A stretch of 64,000 nucleotides of DNA, taken from Candidatus Paceibacter sp. Its GTDB lineage: Bacteria; Patescibacteriota; Patescibacteriia; Magasanikbacterales; UBA922. This document shows, one piece after another, positions 28,389 to 36,535 of this stretch (the first letter of the stretch is position 1; each line of letters starts with the position of its first letter). A program made the position numbers and the translations under genes. The stretch covers positions 1,855 to 65,854 of the forward strand of contig DYFM01000005.1 of NCBI GenBank assembly GCA_020725175.1, given 5' to 3'. The notes beneath the pieces were generated by a model. It had not been told where the DNA came from, searched no databases, and worked only from the letters and a program-made list of their open reading frames with translations.

Positions 28389-28619
28389 ATGAGCGTTACT
28401 GTATACTCTACGCCATCTTGCCCATATTGTGTGATGGTGAAAAATTATCTAACGGAAAAGAATATTCCGTTTGAGGACCACAATGTTGGTGCCGACCGAG
28501 CCAAAGCCGAGGAGATGGTTCAAAAGTCCGGTCAAATGGGTGTTCCGGTGGTTGATATCAACGGCACCATCATCGTAGGATTTGACCAAGCTCGTATCAA
28601 TCAAGCCCTCGGAATCTAA
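28389..28619 (+). CDS. Glutaredoxin-like protein (NrdH/Grx family)
   Basis: CPYC active site, 76 aa, and a GVP...V motif. Confidence 0.75.
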   Translation: MSVTVYSTPSCPYCVMVKNYLTEKNIPFEDHNVGADRAKAEEMVQKSGQMGVPVVDINGTIIVGFDQARINQALGI

Positions 28620-28781
28620 CGGAAGTACAAGTTTACAGAACAAAAGTACCATCTAGCGGTACTTTTCTGTTTTTACAAAATATGATACACTCATGTAGTT
28701 CATTGATTCCTAGGAATTATTTCGCCCCTCCAATGAGAAACGTACAATCAACCAATAAACTATTAAACTAATAAACCAATT

Positions 28782-29378
28782 ATGTCCAAAGAAGTCATTT
28801 TCGATATAGAAACCATCGGTGATATAAAAGATCTGAGCACTATGAAAATCACAGTCGTTTCTATTTACGACTATGAAACCAACGCATACTATTCATTTGA
28901 CGAACATGAGTTACATGGTCTTTGGCCATACATGGAAAAAGCGGAACGAATTATTGGGTACAACAGTGAACACTTTGATTTGCCTATTCTCAATCGCTAT
29001 TACGCCGGTGATCTGACGAAGTTTCCGCACTTGGATTTATTGGTCGTCATTAAAGAAATGGCCGGTAAACGCTACAAACTGGATGATATAGCAAAAGCAA
29101 CACTTCAAATAAGTAAAAGTGCCGATGGATTACAAGCAATGAAATGGTATGAGGAGGGGAGAATTGATGAGATTAAAAAATACTGTGAACAAGATGTAAA
29201 AGTTACCAAAGAAGTGTATGAGTTTGGATTAAAAAATAAAATGCTTTATTATCCAACCCTCACCGGCGATCTTATGCCAATTGCCGTTAATTTTGATATG
29301 CCGGTTCAACCGGTGGGAGTATCTGGAGGAGAAGTGGGGAATGATGGAAAAAGTTTTAACTTGACTTTGCCCTTCTAA
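28782..29378 (+). CDS. DEDDy-type 3'-5' exonuclease domain protein
   Basis: Exo I FDIET, Exo II HFDLPIL, Exo III YCEQDVK. Confidence 0.55.
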   Translation: MSKEVIFDIETIGDIKDLSTMKITVVSIYDYETNAYYSFDEHELHGLWPYMEKAERIIGYNSEHFDLPILNRYYAGDLTKFPHLDLLVVIKEMAGKRYKLDDIAKATLQISKSADGLQAMKWYEEGRIDEIKKYCEQDVKVTKEVYEFGLKNKMLYYPTLTGDLMPIAVNFDMPVQPVGVSGGEVGNDGKSFNLTLPF

Positions 29379-29554
29379 GCATTGATTATACAGATTTTAG
29401 ACGGATTACGCAGAGATGTCTAAACATTGATTACACAGATTAAAAAAGATTGCACAGAGGTGTAATCTTTTTTGTCTGAATTTAGTTATAAGTAGGTTTA
29501 AGACCGATCAGTGTAATCATCCTGTAATCCCTCTAAAATCTGTATAATCAATGC
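29379..29554. mobile_element. 176-bp MITE-like element with 23-bp perfect terminal inverted repeats (gcattgattatacagattttaga), flanked by TAA on both sides
   Basis: The left TIR at 29379-29401 is the exact reverse complement of the right TIR at 29532-29554. Internal sub-repeats (gattacgcagag, gattacacagat, gattgcacagag) are present. It fills the convergent gap between two genes and abuts both stop codons. Confidence 0.55.
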
Positions 29555-30246
29555 TAAAAGATTTCAAAATGCACTTCCTTTGCATCCACTCCATTTTTTA
29601 GAAGAATCTCTCGAACATCTTTCACCATAGCAGCGCTGCCACAAAGGTAAAAACTATGGGAAACCAAATGGTGAAGAATATGTTCTGTTACACGACCGCG
29701 TAGTCCAGACCAGCCTCCATCCGGTTTTGGTTGAGAGAGAGTAATTTGATAGTCAAATAGAGGATGTTGTTGTTTTAAGACTTCTAATCTATCTGCCCAA
29801 AACACATCTTCTTCATTTCGAACTCCAAAAAGTAGTCGGATTTCTTTGCCGGTTTTTTTTACTTCCAGTTCTTCTCGTATCATTCCCATAATCGGAGCCA
29901 GTCCGGCTCCGGTAGCGACAAAATAGTAGGCCTGTACATCATTTGTGCAAACAAACCGCCCCCGTGGACCACGAAATTCAGCTGTTTCTCCTACAGTTAG
30001 ATTTTGAAAATAATTTGATGCTTTTCCATCCGGAAGACACTTTACACACAATTCCAAGTGCTCATCTTGTGAGGTGGACGCAAGTGAATATGACCGGATA
30101 ATAGGTTCATCACCGGGTACAAAAAATTGAATAAACTGCCCGGCTTCAAAAGTGAAATCAGTAGGCTTAGTGAAATGAAGTTCTAGGGTATTATTGGCAA
30201 TTTTTTCTTTTGAGATGAGCGTTGTGGTGTAGCGTTCGTTGGACAT
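29554..30246 (-). CDS. FAD/NAD(P)-binding oxidoreductase (ferredoxin-NADP reductase-like)
   Basis: RSYSLAS FAD-binding motif, a GTGLAP-like NAD motif (ATGAGLAP), and a ~230-aa length. Confidence 0.7.
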   Translation of the reverse strand: MSNERYTTTLISKEKIANNTLELHFTKPTDFTFEAGQFIQFFVPGDEPIIRSYSLASTSQDEHLELCVKCLPDGKASNYFQNLTVGETAEFRGPRGRFVCTNDVQAYYFVATGAGLAPIMGMIREELEVKKTGKEIRLLFGVRNEEDVFWADRLEVLKQQHPLFDYQITLSQPKPDGGWSGLRGRVTEHILHHLVSHSFYLCGSAAMVKDVREILLKNGVDAKEVHFEIF

Positions 30247-30295
30247 ACTGAGAGGAAATATTATTCTTTTAATTTTATGTGTGGGTGAATAGACC

Positions 30296-30352
30296 TCGGA
30301 TATAACAGATGAAACGGATCAGTTCTAATCCGTTTCATCTGTTATATCCGTG
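30296..30352. repeat. Perfect 23-bp-arm palindrome (cggatataacagatgaaacggat ... atccgtttcatctgttatatccg); AACGGAT-core family
   Basis: Inverted repeat with a 9-nt loop, upstream of the Rrf2 regulator promoter. Confidence 0.55.
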
Positions 30353-30380
30353 TTGCTATTATTTATATAAGTGTAATGAT

Positions 30381-30410
30381 TGACAATTCGCTAAATTTCC
30401 TATATCATAC
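30381..30410 (+). promoter_or_regulatory. Sigma-70-like promoter for the Rrf2-suf operon
   Basis: TTGACA, a 17-bp spacer, then TATCAT, about 30 bp upstream of the Rrf2 start. Confidence 0.45.
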
Positions 30411-30439
30411 TCCGCAAGTATGATTTTTTCAAGCTGTGT

Positions 30440-30829
30440 ATGATCAAAATCAGCAAACAAGTCGATTATGGTATTCAATTTTTGCAAGAATTAGCTAAAA
30501 AAGAAGCTAATTCACCGCTTAGTATAGCAGATTTTTCCAAAAAGTCCAGTATTTCTTTTCTTTTTCTACAAAAAATAGCCAAAAAACTGAAAGATGCCAA
30601 CATGGTTACTGCTACCAAAGGTGCCAATGGTGGATATATATTAAAACGACCACTGTCAACCATCAATATGAAAGAACTTATTGAAACCATTGATGGCTCA
30701 TTTGGAGTTGTTGATTGCCAAAAAAAAGGAAAGGCTTGCCCAAAAGAAAAGAAATGTGGAGTAAAGCCATTGTTTGAAGGAGTGAATGAACAAGTCTTGT
30801 CAGTGTTGTCTTCGACCTATCTAATGTAA
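30440..30829 (+). CDS. Rrf2-family transcriptional regulator (IscR/SufR-like) with a Cys cluster
   Basis: N-terminal winged helix (SKQVDYGIQFL) and C-terminal CxxxxxxCxxxxxC. It is the first gene of the suf operon. Confidence 0.75.
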   Translation: MIKISKQVDYGIQFLQELAKKEANSPLSIADFSKKSSISFLFLQKIAKKLKDANMVTATKGANGGYILKRPLSTINMKELIETIDGSFGVVDCQKKGKACPKEKKCGVKPLFEGVNEQVLSVLSSTYLM

Positions 30830-30897
30830 ATAATTGTTATTCGTCAGTTCAAATCCGCTTTATCTGTTTTATTCGCAGATCAATCAAGTTCAACGTT

Positions 30898-32307
30898 ATG
30901 CCTAAAAAAAAGTCACAACTTCATTTTGACGTAAACCGAACACTCTACGAACAAGCCAACGAAGATCGATCGCGATACAGAGCGACTCCGGGGCTTACAG
31001 AAGATGTGGTACGAGAAATTTCATCTCAAAAAAATGAGCCGAATTGGATGTTGGAAAAACGACTGAAGGCACTTGCGTTATTTCAAGAAAAACCGATACC
31101 CACGTGGGGACCAAGCCTAGCAAACCTCAATTTGGATGAGATTGTATATTTTGTTCGCCCTGATACCGAAGAAGCCAGAAAATGGGAAGATGTGCCGGAT
31201 GATATCAAAAAAACCTTTGAGCGTTTGGGAATTCCTGAAGCTGAGCGAACCGCTCTTGCTGGTGTCGGCGCACAATATGATTCTGATGTAGTCTATCATA
31301 GTATCAAAGAAGATCTTCAAAAAAAGGGAGTAATTTTTGAAAACATGGATGTGGCGGTAAAGGAATATCCTGAACTGGTACAAAAGTACTTTATGACACA
31401 GTGCGTACCAATTCATGATCATAAATTTGTTATGCTTCACGCAGCCGTGTGGTCAGGCGGGACATTTATTTATATACCAAAAGGTGTCAAAGTAGAACTT
31501 CCGCTCCAAGCATATTTTCGAATGAATGCTGAAAGTGGGGGGCAATTTGAGCATACACTCATTATTGCGGATGAAGACGCGGAGGTTTCTTACATTGAGG
31601 GCTGCTCTGCACCACGCTATACCACAAATTCACTTCATGCCGGTTGTGTAGAAATTTTTGTTCATAAAAATGCAACAGTGCGATATTACTCTATTGAAAA
31701 TTGGTCCAAAAATACCTACAACTTAAATACCAAGCGTGCCCTCGTCGATGCCGGTGGAAGAATTGAGTGGGTGAGTGGTAATATGGGTTCTGGAACTACT
31801 ATGCTGTATCCGGCATCAATTTTGCGTGGTGAAGGAGCTTCAGCAGATAATCTCGGCATTGCAGTAGCCGGTCCGGGACAGCATCAGGATATTGGAGCGA
31901 AAACGTTTCATGTGGCACCAAGAACCAAATCAGTTACTCGTTCTCGGTCAATTTCGTTTGGGGGAGGTATTGCCAGTTTTCGAGGAATAGTAAAAGTAAG
32001 TAGAAACGCGGTTGAAAGTGATTGTTCGGTCTCGTGTGATGCTTTACTCCTTGATGGAAAGTCCAGCGCCTACACATATCCCGGAATGGAAATAAATACC
32101 AATGATGTGACAGCAGCTCACGAAGCGAAGACGGGGAAAATTGACGAGGAAGTATTGTTTTATTTGATGAGTAGAGGACTGTCGCAAGAACAGGCGACAC
32201 AATTGGTCGTTGGGGGATTTGTCGAACCGATTGTGAAAGCACTACCGCTTGAATACGCACTCGAGCTGAATCGATTGGTGGAGATGGAGATTGAGGGGTC
32301 TGTCTAG
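30898..32307 (+). CDS. sufB: Fe-S cluster assembly protein SufB
   Basis: SufB/SufD beta-helix family and 469-aa length. Confidence 0.8.
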   Translation: MPKKKSQLHFDVNRTLYEQANEDRSRYRATPGLTEDVVREISSQKNEPNWMLEKRLKALALFQEKPIPTWGPSLANLNLDEIVYFVRPDTEEARKWEDVPDDIKKTFERLGIPEAERTALAGVGAQYDSDVVYHSIKEDLQKKGVIFENMDVAVKEYPELVQKYFMTQCVPIHDHKFVMLHAAVWSGGTFIYIPKGVKVELPLQAYFRMNAESGGQFEHTLIIADEDAEVSYIEGCSAPRYTTNSLHAGCVEIFVHKNATVRYYSIENWSKNTYNLNTKRALVDAGGRIEWVSGNMGSGTTMLYPASILRGEGASADNLGIAVAGPGQHQDIGAKTFHVAPRTKSVTRSRSISFGGGIASFRGIVKVSRNAVESDCSVSCDALLLDGKSSAYTYPGMEINTNDVTAAHEAKTGKIDEEVLFYLMSRGLSQEQATQLVVGGFVEPIVKALPLEYALELNRLVEMEIEGSV

Positions 32308-32391
32308 CTAAACATTGTCATCCTGAATGTAGCCGAAGCGATGTGAAGGATTTGTCAAAAATAAAAAGAAAATAATTGATAGAGCTTCGGA

Positions 32392-32455
32392 TTTAACGGA
32401 TTGGACGAATTAGAACGGATCAGTTAATATCCGTTTCATCCGTTAAATCCGAAGG
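32392..32455. repeat. Palindromic element cttcggatttaacggat ... atccgttaaatccgaag; AACGGAT-core family
   Basis: Long imperfect inverted repeat between sufB and sufS. Confidence 0.5.
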
Positions 32456-32524
32456 TCTATTCAACCCTTAAAAATGTAGAAGCCCGCCGTGATTCTCTCG
32501 AATGGCGGCGGGCAGTGCTCACCC

Positions 32525-32611
32525 TCACCTGTTTTTCCCCCAAAACAGGAAGAGGGCGAGCAGTACTTGGAATCCACCGAGGATTCCAAGTACGATAAAG
32601 ACGGCTTCCAT
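32525..32611 (-). CDS. Candidate small hydrophobic peptide (28 aa: MEAVFIVLGILGGFQVLLALFLFWGKNR)
   Basis: Perfect Shine-Dalgarno sequence AGGAGGTAAAAATG, a single predicted transmembrane helix, and a GC-rich hairpin (gcccgccg ... cggcgggc) with a T-run immediately downstream. It sits in a GC-rich islet antisense to the spurious N-terminal extension of the sufS ORF. Coordinates are +/-2 nt. Confidence 0.3.
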   Translation of the reverse strand: MEAVFIVLGILGGFQVLLALFLFWGKNR

Positions 32612-32665
32612 TTTTACCTCCTTTCCACCCGTAGCCGTCATTGGGTGGCTAGACTAGTATATCAT

Positions 32666-33895
32666 ATGCTTTTAAATCTAAAAGAATGTAAGATTTGCTT
32701 TCCAATATTCCAAAAACACCCCAATCTAGTCTATCTAGATTCAGCTTCCAGTACCCAAACACCACAAACTGTTCTTGATGCAGTGAACGATTACTATATA
32801 AACTACCGAGCAAATATTCATCGAGGATTATATGATTTGAGTGGTACTGCAACACAGAAATATGAGGAAGCCAGAAAAACAGTAGGAAAGTTTATCAGCG
32901 CAAGTTCGAAAGAAATTGTCTTCACATCCGGAACAACTCATGGTCTAAATCTACTCGCCTCAGGAGTACAAAATACTCTTCAGCCGGGTGATAATATTGT
33001 GTTGACTGAAATGGAACATCATGCGAATTTAATTCCGTGGCAAAAAATTGCAAAGAAGAAGGGGATGGAGCTACGATTTATACCAATGAACAGGGAACAG
33101 AGGACAGGGAACAGTTACGAATTGGGTGTTTCTGACATTGAAAATTTGATTGATGAAAAGACGAAAATCGTATCTTTTACTCTGGTATCAAATACGCTCG
33201 GAACAATTAATCCGGCGGAAGAAATTATTGCTCGAGCAAAAAAAATTGGTGCAATCACAATTGTCGACGCAGCACAGGCAATGGCGCACATGCCGATTGA
33301 TGTAAAGATATTAGACTGCGATTTTATGGTATTTTCCGGACATAAAATGTATGGTCCAACCGGAATTGGTGTTTTATACGGAAAAAAAGAAAGGTTGGAA
33401 GCACTTGAACCATTTTTTTATGGCGGAGACATGGTCCGTTCTGTATCGTATGAAGATGCAACTTGGGCAGATGTACCGGAAAAATTTGAAGGGGGTACGC
33501 CAAATATTGCGGGTGCGATTGGACTTGGTGCTGCGGTTGAATTTATTCAGTCTACTGGGTTTGATAAAATACAGAATCACGAAACACAATTAACTAATAA
33601 ACTAATAAACCAATTAAATAGTATACCTGATGCTCGGATAATTGGATTGAATTCAGAGGAAAAAAGAATTGGAGTAGTCTCATTTTTACTAAAAGACATT
33701 CATCCTCACGATGTGGCGGAAATATTGAATCGCGACCAGGTATGTGTCCGTACTGGGCATCACTGCACTATGCCACTTATGAAGAAACTTGGTTTACCAG
33801 GAACAGTACGTGCTTCAGTTGGGATTTACAATACGGAAGATGATATTGATAAACTTTTTGCGTCTTTAGCGAGAGTTATGGCTGTTTTTAAATAG
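32666..33895 (+). CDS. sufS: Cysteine desulfurase SufS (class V aminotransferase)
   Basis: YLDSASSTQ start region, PLP-binding SGHK, and the active-site Cys motif RTGHHC. I placed the start at the internal ATG (MLLNLKE). The exact coordinate is +/-1 nt because my manual count disagrees by one with the ORF track in this region. Confidence 0.8.
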   Translation: MLLNLKECKICFPIFQKHPNLVYLDSASSTQTPQTVLDAVNDYYINYRANIHRGLYDLSGTATQKYEEARKTVGKFISASSKEIVFTSGTTHGLNLLASGVQNTLQPGDNIVLTEMEHHANLIPWQKIAKKKGMELRFIPMNREQRTGNSYELGVSDIENLIDEKTKIVSFTLVSNTLGTINPAEEIIARAKKIGAITIVDAAQAMAHMPIDVKILDCDFMVFSGHKMYGPTGIGVLYGKKERLEALEPFFYGGDMVRSVSYEDATWADVPEKFEGGTPNIAGAIGLGAAVEFIQSTGFDKIQNHETQLTNKLINQLNSIPDARIIGLNSEEKRIGVVSFLLKDIHPHDVAEILNRDQVCVRTGHHCTMPLMKKLGLPGTVRASVGIYNTEDDIDKLFASLARVMAVFK

Positions 33896-33897
33896 AC

Positions 33898-33968
33898 CGC
33901 GGATTTAACGGATGGAACGAATTAAAACGGATCCGTTCCAATCGGTCTAATCTGTTAAATCTGCGGTC
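33898..33968. repeat. Palindromic element gaccgcggatttaacggat ... atctgttaaatctgcggtc; AACGGAT-core family
   Basis: Long inverted repeat between sufS and sufU. Confidence 0.5.
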
Positions 33969-33983
33969 TATTAAGCATAATCT

Positions 33984-34376
33984 ATGAAGCAAACCGACCC
34001 AATCTACAAAGAAATGATCCTATATCTATATAAAAATCCACTAAACAAAAAACAGTTGGCCGATTTTGATTGTTCACATAAAGAATACAATCCCAGCTGT
34101 GGAGACGAAATAGAAATCATGATCAAATTTGATGAGTCCGGTAAAATTATCGATATTGGACACCAAGGTGAAGGCTGTGCTGTTTCACAAGCAGCGGTTT
34201 CTTTGTTGACAGAAGAAGTAAAGGGTAAAAGCAAAGAAGAGGTGATGAGTTTGACTGAAGAGGAAATGATTAACATGCTGGAAATTCCTATTTCTCACAC
34301 GAGATCAAAATGTGCATTACTGGGTTTGAAAACTATTCTATTTTGTTTTGATAGACCTTCGAATAAGACGAATTAA
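33984..34376 (+). CDS. sufU: SufU/IscU-like zinc-dependent sulfur-transfer scaffold
   Basis: NPSCGDE, GEGCAVSQA and KCA give three conserved Cys in the NifU-N-like fold. Confidence 0.7.
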   Translation: MKQTDPIYKEMILYLYKNPLNKKQLADFDCSHKEYNPSCGDEIEIMIKFDESGKIIDIGHQGEGCAVSQAAVSLLTEEVKGKSKEEVMSLTEEEMINMLEIPISHTRSKCALLGLKTILFCFDRPSNKTN

Positions 34377-34430
34377 ACGGATATTAACAGATCCCTTCTA
34401 ATCAGTTGCACTCGTTAAATCCGAAGATCT
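34365..34430. repeat. Imperfect palindromic element (gacgaattaaacggat ... cgttaaatccgaagatc); AACGGAT-core family
   Basis: Located between sufU and sufC. It shares the ttaaacggat and atccg words with the other copies. Confidence 0.4.
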
Positions 34431-34443
34431 ATCAACATTTTAT

Positions 34444-35172
34444 ATGCTACAAACAAAAAATCTCCATGTATCAGTAGAAGAAAAAGAAATTCTTCAAAAC
34501 ATCAATCTCTCCATTAAGCCCGGTGAACTTCATGTAATTCTCGGCCCAAACGGATCTGGAAAATCTACACTTGCCAATAGTCTTATGGGACATCCATCAT
34601 ATAACGTCACAGATGGTAAAATAGAGATTGATGGTATTGATATCACACATGAACAAGTGAATAAGCGAGCCAAGGCTGGACTATTTCTTTCGTTACAAAA
34701 CACACCGGAAATTCAAGGTGTTACTGTTTCAAATTTTTTACGAACAGTGATCAGTAGCAAAACAGGTGAGAAGCTTCATCCGGTAAAATTTTATAAGACC
34801 CTACAAGAAAAAATGAAGGAGCTTCAAATAAATCCTGAGTTTGCAAAACGGTACATTAATGTCGGATTTTCCGGTGGAGAAAAGAAACGGCTAGAGATTC
34901 TTCAACTGTTGCTCCTTAACCCAAAATATGCTATTCTCGATGAAACAGATTCTGGGCTTGATGTTGATGCACAAAAAATAGTAGCTGAAGGAATAACAAC
35001 ATTTCATGGAGCAGGAAACGCGGTATTACTTATCACTCATCATCATAAACTGTTAGATTATCTGAATCCTGATATGGTACACATTATGAAAGAAGGCAAA
35101 ATCATGAAAACCGGCACCGCTGAACTAGCTAAAACAATCTTACAACAAGGTTTTTCCAATCTAACCATATGA
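34444..35172 (+). CDS. sufC: Fe-S cluster assembly ATPase SufC
   Basis: Walker A GPNGSGKST, ABC signature FSGGEKKR, Walker B ILDETDSGLD. Confidence 0.9.
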   Translation: MLQTKNLHVSVEEKEILQNINLSIKPGELHVILGPNGSGKSTLANSLMGHPSYNVTDGKIEIDGIDITHEQVNKRAKAGLFLSLQNTPEIQGVTVSNFLRTVISSKTGEKLHPVKFYKTLQEKMKELQINPEFAKRYINVGFSGGEKKRLEILQLLLLNPKYAILDETDSGLDVDAQKIVAEGITTFHGAGNAVLLITHHHKLLDYLNPDMVHIMKEGKIMKTGTAELAKTILQQGFSNLTI

Positions 35173-35456
35173 TCACAAAAGAACGAATTATTGAGGAACT
35201 TGAAACCATTATCGATCCGGAAATTGGTCTTGATTTGTGGACACTTGGACTCATTTACAACATCAATATCGAAAGTGAAGAAAAAGTCATTATTACTCTC
35301 ACATACACAACCCCCCTGTGCCCATATGGTCCAGCTATCAATACTGAGGTCACTGATGCCATGCGGTCACTCGGCTTTAAGGCAGTAGAAATTGATCTGA
35401 CGTTTGATCCGCCTTGGAAACCACCGGAGAATCTGCGAGAGATGATGGGGGTGTAA
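35169..35456 (+). CDS. DUF59/MIP18-family Fe-S assembly factor (SufT-like)
   Basis: DPEIG.....LGLIY and TLTYTTPLCP are the DUF59 signature. It overlaps the sufC stop by 4 nt. Confidence 0.65.
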   Translation: MITKERIIEELETIIDPEIGLDLWTLGLIYNINIESEEKVIITLTYTTPLCPYGPAINTEVTDAMRSLGFKAVEIDLTFDPPWKPPENLREMMGV

Positions 35457-35461
35457 TACTT

Positions 35462-35872
35462 ATGAGTACAAAATGCAGTACACCCGCATTTCGTATTTCA
35501 CGTGTAGACAGAATTATGAAAGTTCAAAAAAAAGTTCGCGTCTGCTCCTCGCGTTCCTGCACGGTATTTGGGAGTAAAAGAATCATGCAGAGTATTACAG
35601 ATGCTACTGGCTTGAAACCAGGAGAAAAAGATGATACAATGGATCTTGATTGGTGTGGTTGTTTGGGGTACTGTGCCAAGTCTCCAAATGTTCAGATCAA
35701 TGATGATCAGTATATTTTTACTGCTAAACCAGATACTATTATGCAAGATATTCAACAAGGAGGCGTCAACATGGTCGGAAAAGAACTTGATATCGAACGA
35801 GTATATCAAGATTTATTTAAAGATGATATATTGGAGCAACCATTACCAACAGTTGATATTTCAGAGGAGTAA
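35462..35872 (+). CDS. Thioredoxin-like [2Fe-2S] ferredoxin (NuoE-like)
   Basis: The four Cys in CSSRSC ... CGCLGYC fit the CxxxxC ... CxGxC pattern of the thioredoxin-like [2Fe-2S] ferredoxin fold. I placed the start at the internal ATG (MSTKC). Confidence 0.5.
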   Translation: MSTKCSTPAFRISRVDRIMKVQKKVRVCSSRSCTVFGSKRIMQSITDATGLKPGEKDDTMDLDWCGCLGYCAKSPNVQINDDQYIFTAKPDTIMQDIQQGGVNMVGKELDIERVYQDLFKDDILEQPLPTVDISEE

Positions 35873-35945
35873 TACACAGTGTAGCGCAAATAGTTAGGAC
35901 TGCACGTTAATTTAACCTACCGCAGTGTTACAATTGTAATGTTCT

Positions 35946-36266
35946 ATGCTAGATACAGCAAATAACAACACCCCACACAACGACGTGATACTTCCAAACG
36001 ATTTACCGGATGATATCTCCCAAAACGTTCGCAAAGAAGGAAAGATTCGACGTATTGTTGTAGACAGACAAGCCTGTATTGGAGCTAGATCTTGTGTATT
36101 GGTAGCCGAAAAAGTGTTTCAAATGGATGACCAGAATCTCGCGTACGTCACTACTGATGTTGACAGTACCGATGAAGATACGATCAAAATGGCCGCTGAA
36201 GTGTGTCCGGTACTAGCAATTCATTTGTACGACAAAGAGGGGAATAAGCTGTTTCCGGAAGAATAA
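35946..36266 (+). CDS. Single-cluster ferredoxin ([3Fe-4S]/[4Fe-4S])
   Basis: CIGARSC ... CP Cys pattern and a ~100-aa length. Confidence 0.55.
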   Translation: MLDTANNNTPHNDVILPNDLPDDISQNVRKEGKIRRIVVDRQACIGARSCVLVAEKVFQMDDQNLAYVTTDVDSTDEDTIKMAAEVCPVLAIHLYDKEGNKLFPEE

Positions 36267-36275
36267 TATATGGTA

Positions 36276-36305
36276 ACAAATCTAACACGACCGCTTATTC
36301 GGTCG
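36276..36305 (+). terminator. Rho-independent terminator after the ferredoxin gene
   Basis: acacgaccgcttattcggtcgtgtttttt. Confidence 0.65.
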
Positions 36306-36371
36306 TGTTTTTTGTTTAATGGGAAGTGGGCGGGCGGGTACTCGGCAACGTGCTTTTCCCCGCCCCCCTGC

Positions 36372-36464
36372 CTAGATCGACTGGTGGCACTGCCACCAGT
36401 CGACCAGGCATAGGATCACCGCCAACACTGCGTTGACGGTGATCACCCACAGGAGGATAACCAT
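36372..36464 (-). CDS. Candidate small hydrophobic peptide (30 aa: MVILLWVITVNAVLAVILCLVDWWQCHQSI)
   Basis: Perfect Shine-Dalgarno sequence AGGAGGTGAAAAATG. The SD and start codon sit inside a hairpin (cacaggagg ... cctcctgtg). The gene lies in a 170-bp GC-rich islet that contains a 27-bp perfect palindrome (tcgactggtggcactgccaccagtcga). The overlapping 61-aa track ORF has no ribosome-binding site. Confidence 0.3.
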   Translation of the reverse strand: MVILLWVITVNAVLAVILCLVDWWQCHQSI

Positions 36465-36535
36465 TTTTCACCTCCTGTGCCAAAAGTATAACAATAAACA
36501 CAGCTCATTGTAAGCTGTGTTTATTTAGTAGGTGT

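Noticed and set aside
32489-32665. N-terminal 59-aa extension of the sufS ORF (MILSNGGGQCSPSP...)
   Set aside because: It is GC-rich, low-complexity and has no SD. SufS homology starts at MLLNLKE. The opposite strand carries a much better small ORF with a perfect SD. My manual numbering also disagreed by 1 nt with the track here, so the coordinates are approximate.
36316-36501. 61-aa minus-strand ORF in the GC-rich islet
   Set aside because: It has no ribosome-binding site. The overlapping 30-aa frame has a perfect AGGAGG SD and a hydrophobic product, so that frame is preferred, though still speculative.
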